Positions 24,227 through 36,291 of a stretch of DNA of 49,959 nucleotides are shown one piece after another. Source of the DNA: Selaginella moellendorffii (lineage: Eukaryota; Plantae; Lycopodiophyta); NCBI RefSeq assembly GCF_000143415.4, contig NW_003314461.1:22756-72714 (forward strand), given 5' to 3'. Made by a program: the position numbers and the translations under genes. Below the pieces are notes generated by a model. That model was not told the DNA's origin and searched no databases. It saw only the letters and a list, made by a program, of their open reading frames with translations. Numbering within the stretch: position 1 is the stretch's first letter; each line of letters begins with the position of its first letter.

Positions 24227-27200
24227 TGGTAAAAAGGAACCGTATTGATGATGCTGAAACCTCTAGACAGGCGAATCAAGAGGAGGAAACTCCTGCTAGA
24301 GATGCTGCAGAAGAAGTTGAGGTTGAGGTTGAGTTGGAAGAGGAAGAGCCAGATGCTGCAGCACTGTAGCATATGGCTCAGGAAGTCGAGATTGAGAATT
24401 TGTGCAGAGAGATTCGCAAATTGAAGAAGGAGAACAAGAAGAGGAAGAAAGAAGTTGAGGTGGCTAAACCAGCTAAAACTAAGCAACTGGACTCCTCTTC
24501 AAGTTCTGAGAATGATGAAGTTCTGCAACTGCCCCCGATTGCACGATTCAAAGTTCAAGCCTCCAAAACCGCCCAATTTCAAAGGCATGCGGGACTATCA
24601 GGTTTTGGAAGACTAGGTTTACGATATGGAAAACTATTTCATAGCGGCAGATGTAGATGATCATACGAAAGTTGCGTGTGCACAATCCTTTCTTACCGAT
24701 CATGCCAAAACTTGGTGGCACCAGGTGTGTGCTGAAAAAGGGCAGACTTGAAGTTGGACTAAGATGCGGTCTCGTATCTGTAAAGAATACTTGTTGGATG
24801 ATGGTCTGAGACTTTGCGTGGAGCTACGACAATTAAAGCAGCGAGGGGACCTCATACATTACGTTAATGTGTTTGCTCAAAAACGCATTATGATTGCAAA
24901 TATGAGTGACGGTGTTATTTTCTTGAGGGTTTAAGTTCACTTTCTCACAATGAGATTTTGAAGTTTAAGCCAAAAATGTACCTGGAGTGTAAGGAGGCAG
25001 CGCAGCAAATTGCCTTTAGTCACTCTCTTATGAAACAATATTAGCAGCCATATGCTAGTACCTCGGACAAGAATAAGAATTCTAGGAATAAACAAGGTGA
25101 CCGGAAACAGAGGGTGGAAGGCAGGTTTTGCCCTAGAGGCTCACAAGCTACGATTAACAAAGGTGGTGGTGGTTGGAGACCACCAACAGCTTTTTCTGGT
25201 CCTAGGCCCTCTCCTAGTGGGTACAAGTAGTAACAACCTGTAAAACCTGCTCTTAGCGGAATGGGTAGTGTGGGTCATTGCTTCCATTGTGGAGAGTTAG
25301 GACATAGGTCCTCGGAATGTCCCAACAAGCATAAGACAAGGTCTCATATTAATGTCATGAGGGAAGACAGTGGTGGTGAAGTTGAAAGGGTTGACGAGTT
25401 GGTCAATGCAAACTATGAGGAAGAGGAGGTGAGTTACTTTTGTTTCTTTCCTCAAGTTTTTCTCACAATCAATGCAAACACTGATCCGTTGATGTATCTA
25501 GTAGGCTTTGTCCGTGAACACCGAATTCGAGTGATAATTGACACGGGAGCTACACACAGCGTGATATCTGAAGACTTAGTTAAGTTGTTAGGATTGAATG
25601 CTAAGCAAATATCACCTATGCATTTTTGGTTTGTGGAAGGTGGGCAAGTAACTAGAAAATTTGTAAGTGATGTTCCAATAAAAATATCCAAGAGGAAAGA
25701 AAGAGTGAACTTGGTAGCGTTGAAGATACTAGATTTTCAGATGGTGTTTGATATGGACTTCTTCAACAAATATATAAAAAGGATTTATGGTGCTGAACAA
25801 AGTCGTATCACGTTAAAGTCAAAAGGACATCCCAATGTGTCCTTCCAGTTGCAAAAGCACTCCTCAAAGGATTGGGATGCAAAGTTCCTGACTGTGAGAG
25901 CCGCTCAAAAAGCAGCTAAGAAGGGATGTTGAACCTTTTGGGTTCAAGTGATGGAAGCTAAGAGTGTGGGTGACTTAGTTCGAATTGGTGATGGAGTTGA
26001 TCCTATACCAAAGAAGATATTAGAGTTGTTAGCGCGGAATCAAGATATCTTCTTGAAGGATTTGCCATCAGGGCTACCTCCTAGCCGTGAGGTTGATCAT
26101 CAAATCAAGGTTATTTTGGGTTCTAAACCACCTACGAAATCTCTGTATCATTTGAACATCAAGGAGATGGCTGAACTCAAAAAGCAACTCATAGAACTTC
26201 TTGATAAAAGTCATATCTGACTAAGCAAGTCACCTTATGGAGCACCAATCTTTTTTGTTATGAAAAAGGATGGAACGATGAGGATGTGTATCGACTATTG
26301 GGCACTCAACAAGATCACAGTCAAAAACAATTATCCTTTGCCTCGCATTGATGACTTGTTTGATCAACTCTTAAAGGCTAAGTATTTTACGCGACTCGAT
26401 TTGCAATCCGGGTATCATCAAATACAGCTAGCAAATCAGGATTTGGAGAAGACAGCCTTTAAGACTCGGTATGAATCTTATGAGTTCCTGGTTATGCCAT
26501 TTGGGTTATGCAATACTCTGGCAACGTTTAGCACTATGATGGATAGAATATTCGGAGATTACTTAGACGTATTTGTTGTCCTATATATCAATGATGTTCT
26601 AGTCTTCAGTGAAACGTTGGAGGATCATTTGAAACACTTGGAGTTGGTGTTTTAGAAATTGCGTGAACACCAATTGTATGCTAAGGAAAGTAATGCGCTT
26701 TTGGACAATTGCGCGTAAACTTTCTCAGACATATAGTTGGTGGTGGCATAATTGAGGTTGATTCAAAAAAGGTGGAAGTGGTGAAGTTCTGGGAAGTCCC
26801 GACCACTGTATCAAATGTTTGTTCCTTTCTCAATTTGGCGGGATACTATTGCAAATTTTTCCGCAACTTTGCAAGAATTGCTCTTCCATTGATTGAGTTA
26901 ATAAATAGTAGTATTCCGTTTCATTGGACATCAGTTTGTTGGCGTACTTTTGTACGGTTGAAGGCGATCTTGACTACGGTTCCTATTCTTAGGATCCTAG
27001 TGTAAGCCACAAATTTTTCCTTTCCAATTTGCCAGCTTACCTCGTCTATCCGTCCAACACCGCCTTGGCTTTTGCTAAGTTCCCTTGCCAAGGTTCTCGC
27101 CTATGGTACCAGCTCCTACTTGGTCTCAGCTACTCACTGCACGAGCACCGGAGTGTTAGCCATCCATCCACGGATTCCCAAATCACTCCCAATCCCCCTC

Positions 27201-30069
27201 CCCGGGTTAGACTGGACTTAAGGTTCGGCTACACTCCCCGCAAGCACAAGCAGCCAAGCACACCAAGCTTCCAGGTTCCTAACATCCTTTGGTACCACAA
27301 GACTTGATCATGGGACCCTCTAAATCCCAAGTCTTGAGTGCAACACTTGCTTCGGGACGCCGGGCCGAAACACCGTGGCCTAGCGGCCCGGTATGGGTAC
27401 CTCTTGCCCCCCACTTCCATCCCGAAGGAAGGCCCAAGCCCCTAGGAAGGGCGAGGACCAATGAGCCGCATGGTACTCAAGTGGGGCACCACTCCACATG
27501 AGCCGGGAGCACCGCAATCGGTTTCCCTTTCGGGAGTGGGAGCTGCTCTTGAGCACTTCCTTGGATGGCCCCTCCGGCACCAACCAAGTCCATGCTCACT
27601 CCCACCCAAGGCCCCTTGGTCCCAGTCCCAACCTCGAGTCAGTTTGGGAGCCCCACTGGAGAGTCCATTCTAAACTGGTTCCTGGACCTCACTATCCCTA
27701 CTATACTTTTGGAACCCCCTGCAGCCCCCCCCCCCCCCCCCCCCTGGGAGACGCACGCTTTGGGCTTTCACCCCTTGACCCGTATTAGTATTTGGACTTA
27801 GTCTTTGGCTCGATCTCGGATCCGATTTCGGATCCGACTTCGGATTCGGGTTCGGACTCGATCTCGGACTCGATCTCGGACCCGATCTCGGACCCGACCT
27901 CGAACTCGACCTCGGACTCGGTCTCGGACCCGATTTCGGATCTCAGACTCCGTCTCGAACTCGGTCTCGAACTCGGACTCGAACTCGGTCCCCGAGTCGG
28001 TCTCGGACTCGATTCCGGACTCTATCTTGAACTCGGTCCTAGAGTCGGTCTTGGACTCGATCTTCGACTTGGTCCCATCCGATGAACTCTTTGTCATTTG
28101 GTCATGCTTTCGGGGTTCCTTTAGCCTACGACACCTCGGCGAGTTGGTTCTTTACACCTAGATCTTGATAAACCCTTTGAAGTGCATTGTGATGCATCTG
28201 GCTATGCTAGTGGTGCCGTGTTGCAGCAAGATTGTGACAAAGCAGTTGGTGTTACACTAAGGCAACATGGTTATCCCGTTGCGTTCTGTTCCAAGAAATT
28301 GGATGAAACTCAACGAAGATGGCCAATGCATGAGAAAGAGATGTTTGCTATAGTGTTGGCCTTGGAACACTAGAGACACTACTTGGGTGGACACACCAAA
28401 GTTTATACAAATAATAACACACTAAGCTACTTTGCTACGCAGCCTAAGCTTACGCCGAAGCAGGCTCGTTGGCAAGAGAAGCTTGCTAGATATGATATTG
28501 AAATCATATATAAACCTGGTAAAGAAAATATTGTTCCGGATGCATTGAGTCAACAGGCTTAGTTCCGGGCAATATCGGCAATTAGTTCAGACTGGTTAGA
28601 GGACATTTGGGCTTCATATGGAAGGGATCCGTTGGCGAAGGCAATATTACACCATGCGGAGTTGTCAAAGTAGAACCCTAGTAATGAAGTAGCGAAAGTT
28701 GCTAGTCGAACCAATGTGAAACTTCACTACTCAGTTCGGGATGGGCTTATATTCTATAAGCAAGAAAGATTGTATCTTCTCTCTAAGGATTTGCAGCAGT
28801 TGTTTCTACGGGAACATCATGATGTTCTAGTAGCAGGACATGGTGGAAAGCGAAAGACTCTGGCTTCATTGAAAAAGTGATTTTTCTAGTCTGGTATAGA
28901 AAGTGATGTAGCGGACTATGTCCGTTCCTGCCCTATATGTCAGCAATGTAAGCACAAAGCTGAGAAGTAAGCTGGAAAGTTGCAATGCATTCCAGTACCG
29001 GCATAGCCATTTCAGAGTGTTACACTTGATTTCGTCACTTGCTTGCCGAAGTCTAAGGGTTATGATACTTTGATGGTGGTTGTGGATCGGCTGTCAAAGA
29101 TTGCACACTTCATTCCAACTGTGGGAATAGTGAATGTGAAACAAGCAACAAAGCTCTTTTTCCATGAAGTAGTGCGGTTTCGTGGTCTTCCTAAAGAGAT
29201 GATCTCGGATAGAAATTCGAGATTTATGGGGAAGTTTTGGGGCACACTGTTGTTCAGTACCAAGTTAAAGTTTAGTTATCATCCTCAAACTGATGGGTAG
29301 ACCAAACGTGTGAATGCTCAAGTTGAGGATTATCTGCAGTACTATGTCACGGCAGACCAACGTGACTGGGTTGAGCATTTAGACAGTAGAAATCTATTAT
29401 AACAACACATTTCACAGCGCTATTGGCTGTTTTCCATGGGAGATGCTGCAAGGGAATGCTGGTGGGGTTCCTCAACAGATTGTTGTACCGAAACCAATGT
29501 CCGAAGTGTTGGTCTCAGCCATTGAGACTTATGCAGAGCAACTACGCCAAGGTTGATCTAGAGCTACTGAGGCGATGGGCAAAACTCAGGATAGGTATCG
29601 ACGTGATAAGGATCAGCATCGTCAGGATGTATCCTATCAAGTGGGAGATCAAGTGTGGCTATCTTCCCAGAACTTGAACATTAAGGGATCTTTATCTCGG
29701 AAGCTGTTACCGAGATATGTTGGACCCTATCGGGTGTTTAGGCGCATTGGTAATGTATCCTATTAATTGGATCTTCCTGTGGAGATGTCCAATGTTCATA
29801 ATGTATTTCATGCCAATCTCTTAGTTCCTTACACTATGGATGATGCATGTCAAGTGGAGATTCATCCACCACCAGAAGTTGTGGATGACGAACTTGAATA
29901 TGAAGTGGAAACTATTTTGGGTACACGCTAGTTTAAACGTGTTAAACGTCGAAAGTATTTAGTTAAGTGGAAAGGTTACCTTTCTTGTAAATCAACTTGG
30001 GAGCCTCTTAAGAATCTTGCACATGCTCATGAGCTTGTCATGGAGTATGAGAATCATAATAAAGATTAG
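24227..30069 (+). pseudogene. gag-pol pseudogene of element B, ending in a chromodomain
   Basis: Order PR-RT-RH-INT-CHD with many stops and frameshifts; chromodomain EYEVETILG...YLVKWKGY...STWEP at ~29895-30060. Confidence 0.9.
27001..28156 (-). mobile_element. Element D: solo LTR inserted at the RT/RNaseH junction of B
   Basis: TGTAA...TTACA ends and perfect TSD CCTAG (26996-27000, 28157-28161). Carries a CTCGGACTCGAT-type array (~27808-28070) and the same promoter motif as the C LTRs. Confidence 0.9.
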
Positions 30070-31513
30070 CTTTTGTAAATCTTGTAATAAATTTTGTAAA
30101 TTAATAAAGTAATATATTTCTATAAATCCAAGTTTTGTTTCTTTCTTTTGTTAGTACTTAGGTCAGTTTTGGTAGGCTGATTTCGCACTTTCGTGCATGG
30201 GTCCAATCCATAACCATGGGGATAATTATTATAGACTGATCACAAGTCCTCGCCTCTCTCTCAATGACTTATTTTTGAAAAAGGGGCATGGTCGTGTAAA
30301 CAACTTAATTTGCCAGTTTATAATAGTTATCTAAATCTTCCCAACAGGGTTGATTTCTTGCTTAGGGGAAATTAGGCCTTTGGCCTTCTCTTTATGTCCC
30401 TATGGGCAGGGATGTATCATTCCTTTGTAAGTTGAGTGGTACTTAGAGTAGCAAGGGTGGCTAACTCTATTAGTCATTTCCTTGTCAGTGACGGCCGGAG
30501 GGTGTTTGAGTATTAACGTCTTTATATGTAGAGGAGAGGTCGTTCTATAACTCATTTAAATCGGTGTATTTCCCACATAGTGTGCTTTCCGTTAACTTTT
30601 GGGAATTGTTTCTTTGATGGTTTGTTAAACTTGGGTATGCATCGACGAGGACATCAATCTTCCCCAAGGGGGGGAGAGTGTTGTAAATGTGACTTCGGGT
30701 ATCAAAAGATACTTGTTGGCCAATCTTTATGAACATTCTTTCTTTATTGCCATGATAGTAGGAGATTGGTACTACTGGCTCCTTTTATTAGCCCCTCTTG
30801 TCCCAATGTTAGTAAACTAAACTTAGCATCTGTACTTGGCTAGACGAGCATAAGGAAGGAATTCCTAAGTGTTTATTTAGCCAAGCATTTGGCTCGGCTT
30901 GTTAGTTCTCTTTTGCTTTGTCTTGCACTAGCTTGGCAAGAACCCTTGCGTATTGAAACTAGTCCCTCAATATCGCCGGATGATAACTTACCGTATATAC
31001 TAAACACCCTCTCTATCATGCCCTTTGTGTTAGTCTCATTTCGGTTCTAAATACTATTTATAGAAAGTGTCTAGATTCACTCATTTAGCATATCTAAGGA
31101 ATGTAAAGATCAATCTGAACATAATAGTGTTTGTCCCATGTCCAAATTTGCAATCTAAGGACATTCCACATTTAGTAAGTTTTGAGCTTGTCCCAAATAC
31201 TAACTCCTGGTACTAAGGGAGGCTTGGGGTGAAAGCCCAAAGTGTGTGTTCCTCAAGGGGAAGGGGGGGTGGGGGGGTTGTAGGGGGTTCCAAATGTATA
31301 GTAGGGATAGTGGTTGGAATGCATGTTTAACCTGAGATATTAGTTTGACTCTCGTTGGGTTGTGTTGCTCCTTGTTCTGCGTCCGGCTTAGGTCTAAGCC
31401 CAAGCTCCATGCTGCTTTAGTAGTGGGGTACCCTCCTCCTTGCATTGGGCCATCGGTATGCCAAAATTATGCTAGACTCCGTCTGACACAATTTTGATGC
31501 TGATGCTCGTGGG

Positions 31514-32085
31514 TGTAAGCTCCTGAATTTGGACTTCCCAGGAGGTCACCCAACCTAGTACTATTCAAACCCAAGGACACTTAACCCCAAATATCCCAAG
31601 ACCCTTAACCAATTGGAAAAGGGGGTGCACTTTTGTTCATAAGCCCTTTCCTTCTATATTTGAACCCCATAGATTGTCTCTCGAGTCGTTTTCTTTGGTT
31701 GTTTACAATCCACCACGCTTCCCTGCAAGTTCACGCCCTCGTGAACGAAAGTTGAGAGCCTCGCTCTCTTGACACCCTACCTTCGGGTCGAGCCCAGCGG
31801 GAGCAAATTGGACCAACCAGATGTCAATCAACATGTGATGTGATTCCCTTAGCCAACCAACAGAGTCGGACCCGAGACCTCTTTAATACCAAATGTAAGC
31901 TCCTGAATTTAGACTTCCCAAGAAGTTACCCAGCCCAGTATTATTCAAACCCAAGGATACTTAACCCCAAATATCCCAAGACTCTTAACCAATTGAAAAA
32001 GGGGGTGCACTCTTGTTCATGGGTTTTTTCCCTCTATTTGAACCTCATGGATCGTCTCTTGAGTTGTTCTCTTTGGTTGCTTACA
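31514..32085 (-). mobile_element. Element E: complete Cassandra-type TRIM (572 bp) inside the 3' LTR of B
   Basis: LTRs at 31514-31707 and 31894-32085 (TGTAAGC...TTACA), TSD GTGGG, PBS-like TGGTATTAAAG and PPT AGCGTGGTGGAT on the minus strand. Each LTR carries a 5S rRNA-derived segment. Confidence 0.92.
31531..31586 (-). promoter_or_regulatory. 5S rRNA-derived Pol III internal promoter region (A box, IE, C box) in the Cassandra LTR; second copy at 31911-31966
   Basis: Minus strand GGTTAAGTGTCCTTGGGTTTGAATAGTACTAGGTTGGGTGACCTCCTGGGAAGTCC, compared with plant 5S GTTAAGCGTGCTTGGGCGAGAGTAGTACTAGGATGGGTGACCTCCTGGGAAGTCC (recalled from memory). Confidence 0.85.
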
Positions 32086-35007
32086 GTGGGATTGTATTGG
32101 ACTCTTGTTTCATAGTGTAACAGGCTTGGAGTTCGGCTCCAAATTCAGGTGCACTACACTCATATAGCTTTTTGATAAAAGTTATATTTGACTAAGTAAA
32201 TCACTTTATAGAGTACTAGTCGTTTTTGTTATGAAAGAGGATGGTACTATGAGCATATGTATCAATTATTGGGCTCTTAACAAGATCATAGTCAAAAACA
32301 ATTATTGTTTACCTCATATTAATAACTTGTTTGACTAACTCTTAAAGGTTAAGTATTTTATATGAATATCATTAAATATGGGTGGCAGATCAAGATGTGG
32401 AGAAGACAACCTTTAAGACTTGTTACAGGTCTTATGAGTTCCTTGTTATGTTATTTGGGTTATATAATGTTATAGTAACATTCAATACAATAATGGATAG
32501 AATATTTGGAGATTATTTGGACACATTTGTTGTTCTATATATCAATGATGTTCTAGGCTTTAATGAAAAGTTGGAGGATCACTTAAAACACTTAGAGTTG
32601 GTGTTTCAAAAATTACGAGAGAATAAATTATATATTAAGGAGATTAAATGCACTTTTAGTCAATTACGTGTGAAATTTCTTGGGTATATAGTTGGTGATG
32701 GCACAGTCGAGATGGATCCAAAGAAAGTGGAAAGTGGTGAAGTTCTAAGATATCCTAACCACTGTATCAAATGTTCATTTTTTTTTTGGTTTGACAAAAT
32801 ACTATTGCAAGTTTATTCATAATTTTGCAAGTATTGCTTCCAATAAAATTGTGACAATGTGGTTGGTGTTATGCTAAAGCAATGCAATTATCATATTGTA
32901 TTTTACTCCAAGAAATAGATGAAACTCAACAAAGATAGCCTACACACAAGAAAGAGATCTTTGTTATAGTGTTAGCACTAAAACATTAGAGACATTATTT
33001 GGGTGGACATACCAAGGTTTATACAAATAATAACATACTAAGTTACTTTGCAATGCAAACAAAGCTTATGCTAAAGCAAGCTTATTGGCAAAAGAAACTT
33101 GCTAAATTTAATACTGAAATCATTTATAAACTTGATAAAAACAATGTTGTTCTAGATGTATTGAGTTGTCAAGCGTAATTTCAAACAACGTCAACAATCA
33201 ATTTAGACTGGTTGGAGGATGTTCAAGTTTTGTATGAAAGTGATTAGTTGGCAAAGGCATCTTGCATGGCACTGTACACTATAGATATTGCTCATCAAGG
33301 GGAGATTTGTCCACTATCAGATGTTGTAGATGGTGCACTCGAGTATGAAGTTGAAACTATTTTAGATTCCTGATTTCAGAGATTATCTCATGTGAAGGAA
33401 TATCTTATTAAGTGAAAAGATTACCCAATGGGAACCTCATAAGAATCTTATGCATGCCTGTAAGCTTGTCACAGAATATGCAAATCATAATAAAGAGTAA
33501 CTTTTGTAACACTTTGTAATAAATCTTGCAAATCAATAAAATAATATATTTCTTTTAATCCAAAATTTATTTTGTTCATTAGTTTTAGGTTAGTTTTAGT
33601 AGACTAACTTTGGCACTTCGATGTATGGGTTCAATTTATAACCATAAGGATAATTATTATAGACTAATCAAAAGTCCTCACCTCTCTTTTGTTGACCCAT
33701 TTTTTAAAAAGGGTGTGCTTATGTAAATAACTTCATCTATTAGTTTATAATAATTGTTTAAATCTTCTCAATAGGGTTGATTTCTACTAAAGGGAGTTGG
33801 GCCTTTGGCTCTCTCCTTATATCCCTACAAGCATGGATGTATCATTGGTTTGTAAATTGAGTGGTACTCGGAGCAATAAAGGTGGTGTTGCTAACTGGTT
33901 TGACATCTACAAATTTTATTAGAAATTTGTTGAAGTAAGCTGATGTTTACATGAAAACTAGTGAGAAAGTTGCTTTTTTATAGATTTTAGTAACTTTCAA
34001 AAAGATAATAAAGCTTCACCATACCTTAATTCTCTTTCCTAAAGGACCATAAATGTAAACTATTAGGATTCTATCTTTTACACCCTATTATCTTATCCTA
34101 TTATTCTAATCTGGTGCCTAACCATCTAGACAAAGCAAAAGACAAATGAGTCCTTGATTCTTGTAGAAAAAGGAAGTAGCAATGCCAAGGGAGCACAATT
34201 GTATCTAAGTAAAACTTAACAGCAGTGTTAAAGCCAAAATCCACTAGGGACAAAATGGAACCAACTCTAAAACTAGAAAGAAATCAACTGAAATAACCTC
34301 TTGACTTCCCATGTCAATCAGTCCCTAAAACCTCCAGGGATAACTTTCTGACAAGGCTCATACACTTTGATAACTTGATGCTTGCTTCAAACATTCCACT
34401 CTATAAAAACCTAGACACCATATCACAAGCCTTTAAAACGTTTTAGCATTTTCATTGCTTTGTTTGTTTTAGGATTTTTTTTGGGTATGGTGGAATAGAC
34501 ATAGGCACTAGAATTGGGGGTAAGGGGGAACTTGAAAATTTCTCTCGCTCTCCCATCGTAGTGTCTTCACAGCAACCGCATTGTCTCCCTCGTCCACGCC
34601 TTTGTCGCACTTGTGCTTTGCATGCTCTCTCTCCATGACTGGCAGCGGCCCTTCCCTTGCCTTGCCCACGCAGGTGAGAGGAAGAAATTCTCACACCTGA
34701 AAGAAAGATGAGATCTTCGGAGCAATCAAGGTATCATCTACGATTTCTTGTGCTGTCTTATGAAAAGCCTCACTCTTTCTAGTTTTAGCTGGCTTTAGTT
34801 GGGGATTTCGGCCTTAACGTTGCTCCAGTTTTACTCGGACGCATTTCAGCCATATCCCCTCAAAAGGGAGAGTAACAAACCTCCATCTCTCATGAACACG
34901 GTAAACCAGCTTCTTTCTCTTCCAACACAACGACAAGTTTTTCGATGTAGTGCAGAGGAGAACAAATCATTCCTGTTGATTTAAGGGTTAAGTTTAGGGT
35001 TACGGTT

Positions 35008-36291
35008 ATGGCGGTCAGGAGGTTTTTCAGGAAGTTTTTCAATCGAACATCAGAGCCGAATGATCTGGCGGTCAGGAAGTTTTACAATCGAACATCAGAG
35101 CTGAATGATCTAAGGAATCACCTCACTCTCGTGGACATCGGGCATCCGGGTAAGATGGTTCTTGTGACGGGGCCAAGGCAATCGGGCAAATCGGCGCTTC
35201 TTCAAGAGTTCTGTTCTAGGCAGCGTGCCGGCGACTACCCTGGTGTTCCAGCCTTCGTTGACATGCGGGAGTGGAGCAACATCGACCCCTCAAAGTTTTG
35301 GATTAACTTAGGTGCCAGTTTTGAAAAGTCTCTTCAGCTCAAAGGAAAAGCGCCTGCAAAGCTAGGTCTCAAAGTCTTTTCGATGCCGAAGCTACGGCGA
35401 CTTGGTTTGGGTCTCGATGTCGTGTCTTCGAAGCAGGATCCCATCGGCAGGGTGATGGCTGGTTTAGAGGAGTACACGTCCGCCATGAGAATGGACATGC
35501 CGGGTTTCCTCAATGGATTTCCCACGATATTCATCGACGAAGCTGATGCTCTGGCTAGCTGGACCAGAACCGCAGGGGGTGTTCAGGAGCTGGATTACCT
35601 ATTGCGGTTCCTGGTGCGGATCTCTAAGCAGGAGAATGCAGCTAACGTGGTTTTGGCTTCATCAGAAAACTTCTTTAAGAAATGGTTGTGTGGCATGGAA
35701 CCCTTCCTTGGTCATAAGGTCGTCCACGCAAGTGTTGGTCACTTCAACGAAGAGGAGGCCAAAGAGTTCGTGAGGCAGGGCCTCCAGGAATCAGACTTGA
35801 ATCGGGAGGGGCTTGAAGCGGAGGTGCTTGCGATTTGGGATGACGTTTATGCTCACTACGGGGGAGCCATTATGCTGCTGTATGATCTTCTCCACATGGC
35901 ACTACGCTCACAGCCTGGTGAAGTCTGCAAAAACTGGGAGGTGGCGAAGCGGCAGTGCATGAACGAAGCGACGTGCCTAGTCGAAGAAGGTTTTCATCCT
36001 AACAATATGGGTAAAGCTAACAAGATGGTCAAAGCTGCTGCGTGGACGCCTGATGACTGGAAGAATGTGGTGGAAGCCATGGCAGCTACCGAGGATGGAG
36101 TTCTCCCCTTCCATTTACTGTCTGTGTCTGGGCTTGAATCAATGGTCCGTTACAATTTCCTCGAATACAGGGAGCCGACCGGTTGGGACAAAGACATCAA
36201 AGCCATATCGACTCCGATCATCATGCCAGTCACAAGAGCTCAGCATCTGGCAATGAGACAAGTTGTAACTCGACCCAGTCGACACAACTGA
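35008..36291 (+). CDS. Intronless P-loop NTPase (STAND/AAA_16/ATPase_2 'archaeal ATPase'-like)
   Basis: KFYNRTSEL (F.GR..E-type motif), Walker A VTGPRQSGKS, Walker B IFIDEAD, sensor VVLASSE, YGGAI helix motif. Confidence 0.8.
   Translation: MAVRRFFRKFFNRTSEPNDLAVRKFYNRTSELNDLRNHLTLVDIGHPGKMVLVTGPRQSGKSALLQEFCSRQRAGDYPGVPAFVDMREWSNIDPSKFWINLGASFEKSLQLKGKAPAKLGLKVFSMPKLRRLGLGLDVVSSKQDPIGRVMAGLEEYTSAMRMDMPGFLNGFPTIFIDEADALASWTRTAGGVQELDYLLRFLVRISKQENAANVVLASSENFFKKWLCGMEPFLGHKVVHASVGHFNEEEAKEFVRQGLQESDLNREGLEAEVLAIWDDVYAHYGGAIMLLYDLLHMALRSQPGEVCKNWEVAKRQCMNEATCLVEEGFHPNNMGKANKMVKAAAWTPDDWKNVVEAMAATEDGVLPFHLLSVSGLESMVRYNFLEYREPTGWDKDIKAISTPIIMPVTRAQHLAMRQVVTRPSRHN

Larger units (their letters stand above)
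23119..32158 (+). mobile_element. Element B: full-length but defective Ty3/gypsy chromovirus inserted in element A
   Basis: LTRs at 23119-24034 and 30679-32158 with TSD CTCAC/CTCAT; PBS TGGTATCAAAAG at 24037-24048; PPT AAGGGGGGGAGAG at 30666-30678. Domains: gag CFHCGELGHRSSEC, protease IDTGATH, RT ([15 protein letters not shown]), RNaseH (HCDASG, EKEMFAIV), integrase (VVVDRLSK, ISDR, YHPQTDG), GPY and chromodomain. Confidence 0.93.
11259..33885 (+). mobile_element. Element A: old decayed Ty3/gypsy chromovirus, split by insertions C and B; 3' LTR not seen
   Basis: 5' LTR from 11259 resembles the LTR of B; PBS-like TGGTATTAGAAG at ~13220. Gag and zinc-knuckle remnants at 13400-14500, protease at ~14640, linker at 22965-23118, RT/RNaseH at 32159-33250 and chromodomain remnant at ~33340-33490. 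The reading continues across both insertion points. Confidence 0.85.

Noticed and set aside
31531-31586. 5S rRNA gene
   Set aside because: Only ~56 nt of the internal region, embedded in TRIM LTRs, without 5S ends or terminator
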